Origin: Sphyrna mokarran
Lineage: Eukaryota
Length of the DNA: 64,000 nt
Assembly: GCA_024679065.1 (NCBI GenBank)
Contig: JAGIQG010000008.1
Span: 35,092,001-35,156,000 of the forward strand
Direction of reading: 5' to 3'
In this document: in pieces, positions 63,341 to 64,000 of the stretch
Position numbering within the stretch: the first letter of the stretch is position 1
Layout of the letters: every line of letters begins with the position of its first letter
The notes under the pieces: model-generated
What the model was told of the DNA's origin: nothing
What the model saw: only the letters and a program-made list of their open reading frames with translations
Databases searched by the model: none
Program-made: the position numbers and the translations under genes

Positions 63341-64000
63341 TAATCAGAGTATTACGCTCAGAATGCTTACAGAAGTACCTGGTGTCACTTGATCTGAGAG
63401 GAACTTACAGCAGACAGAATAAGCCAAGATACTGAATTTTTAACCAAAGCACCAGCAAGTACTGTAGAAGTGGATGAATGTACTGCTGGTCTCTTCCGCA
63501 TCTACAAGCAGGAGCTCAAAGATGATACTAACCAGACTATTACTCTAGGTATAAACAGATCAGACTATATGTTTGACAAAGGTCTGGATCACAACATTTC
63601 CTTGAACCAAATAAATTAATACGATTGCTGCTAGTTACACTGTGCTGGCAGAGTGAGTCCCAGATGTACATTGGCACATCATTAACTTCTGGGGAAAAAC
63701 TAATGAAGAAGCTAAGATCCTGACTAACAATGCCATAAAAGGCATTGCTGAAGGAGTTGCGAAAGCCTGGCATCTGTATGGTCGTCATATGCAATGGTTC
63801 GTTGATGTAAGGATTCAAATCATTGACATATAGAACACATGGGGTTTCAAATTTCATGTGGTCAGTTGAGTTAGATTTGCATCAATAGAAATCAGTTGCC
63901 AACAATTTGGAGAGCTGTATGCAATGGAATTTCCCATATAAGCTCATTTCCACTTCCATTGGAGTAGTCATTGATGTAAATTTCATATAAAATGGGGATA

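Overview
This is eukaryotic, AT-rich, repeat-dense genomic DNA, most likely from a shark or other cartilaginous fish, judging by HE1-type V-SINEs, a SacSINE1-type DeuSINE and abundant CR1 LINEs. No prokaryotic operons, CRISPR arrays, rRNA genes or intact tRNA genes were seen. Two host genes are supported. (1) An intact 579-aa Lys-rich single-exon ORF on the minus strand (2706-4445) that I cannot name. (2) The first three coding exons of NRIP2 on the plus strand (31551-31706, 46408-46575, 52307-52389); the remaining exons were not found in the window. In this NRIP2 the retropepsin catalytic D-T-G motif reads N-T-G. Most of the remainder is transposon debris: many CR1 fragments (one very young, with a single nonsense codon), Rex1, RTE and L2 fragments, several SINE families, a Gmr1-type Ty3/Gypsy remnant (integrase before RT) and a GalEa-type Ty1/copia remnant. 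The most system-like observation is a family of short non-coding Penelope-derived elements, each flanked by an 11-15 bp direct repeat and carrying a hammerhead-ribozyme core; one copy is a 250-bp fold-back. I found no clearly new multi-gene system. All family assignments rest on recalled motifs, not database searches, and repeat boundaries are approximate.
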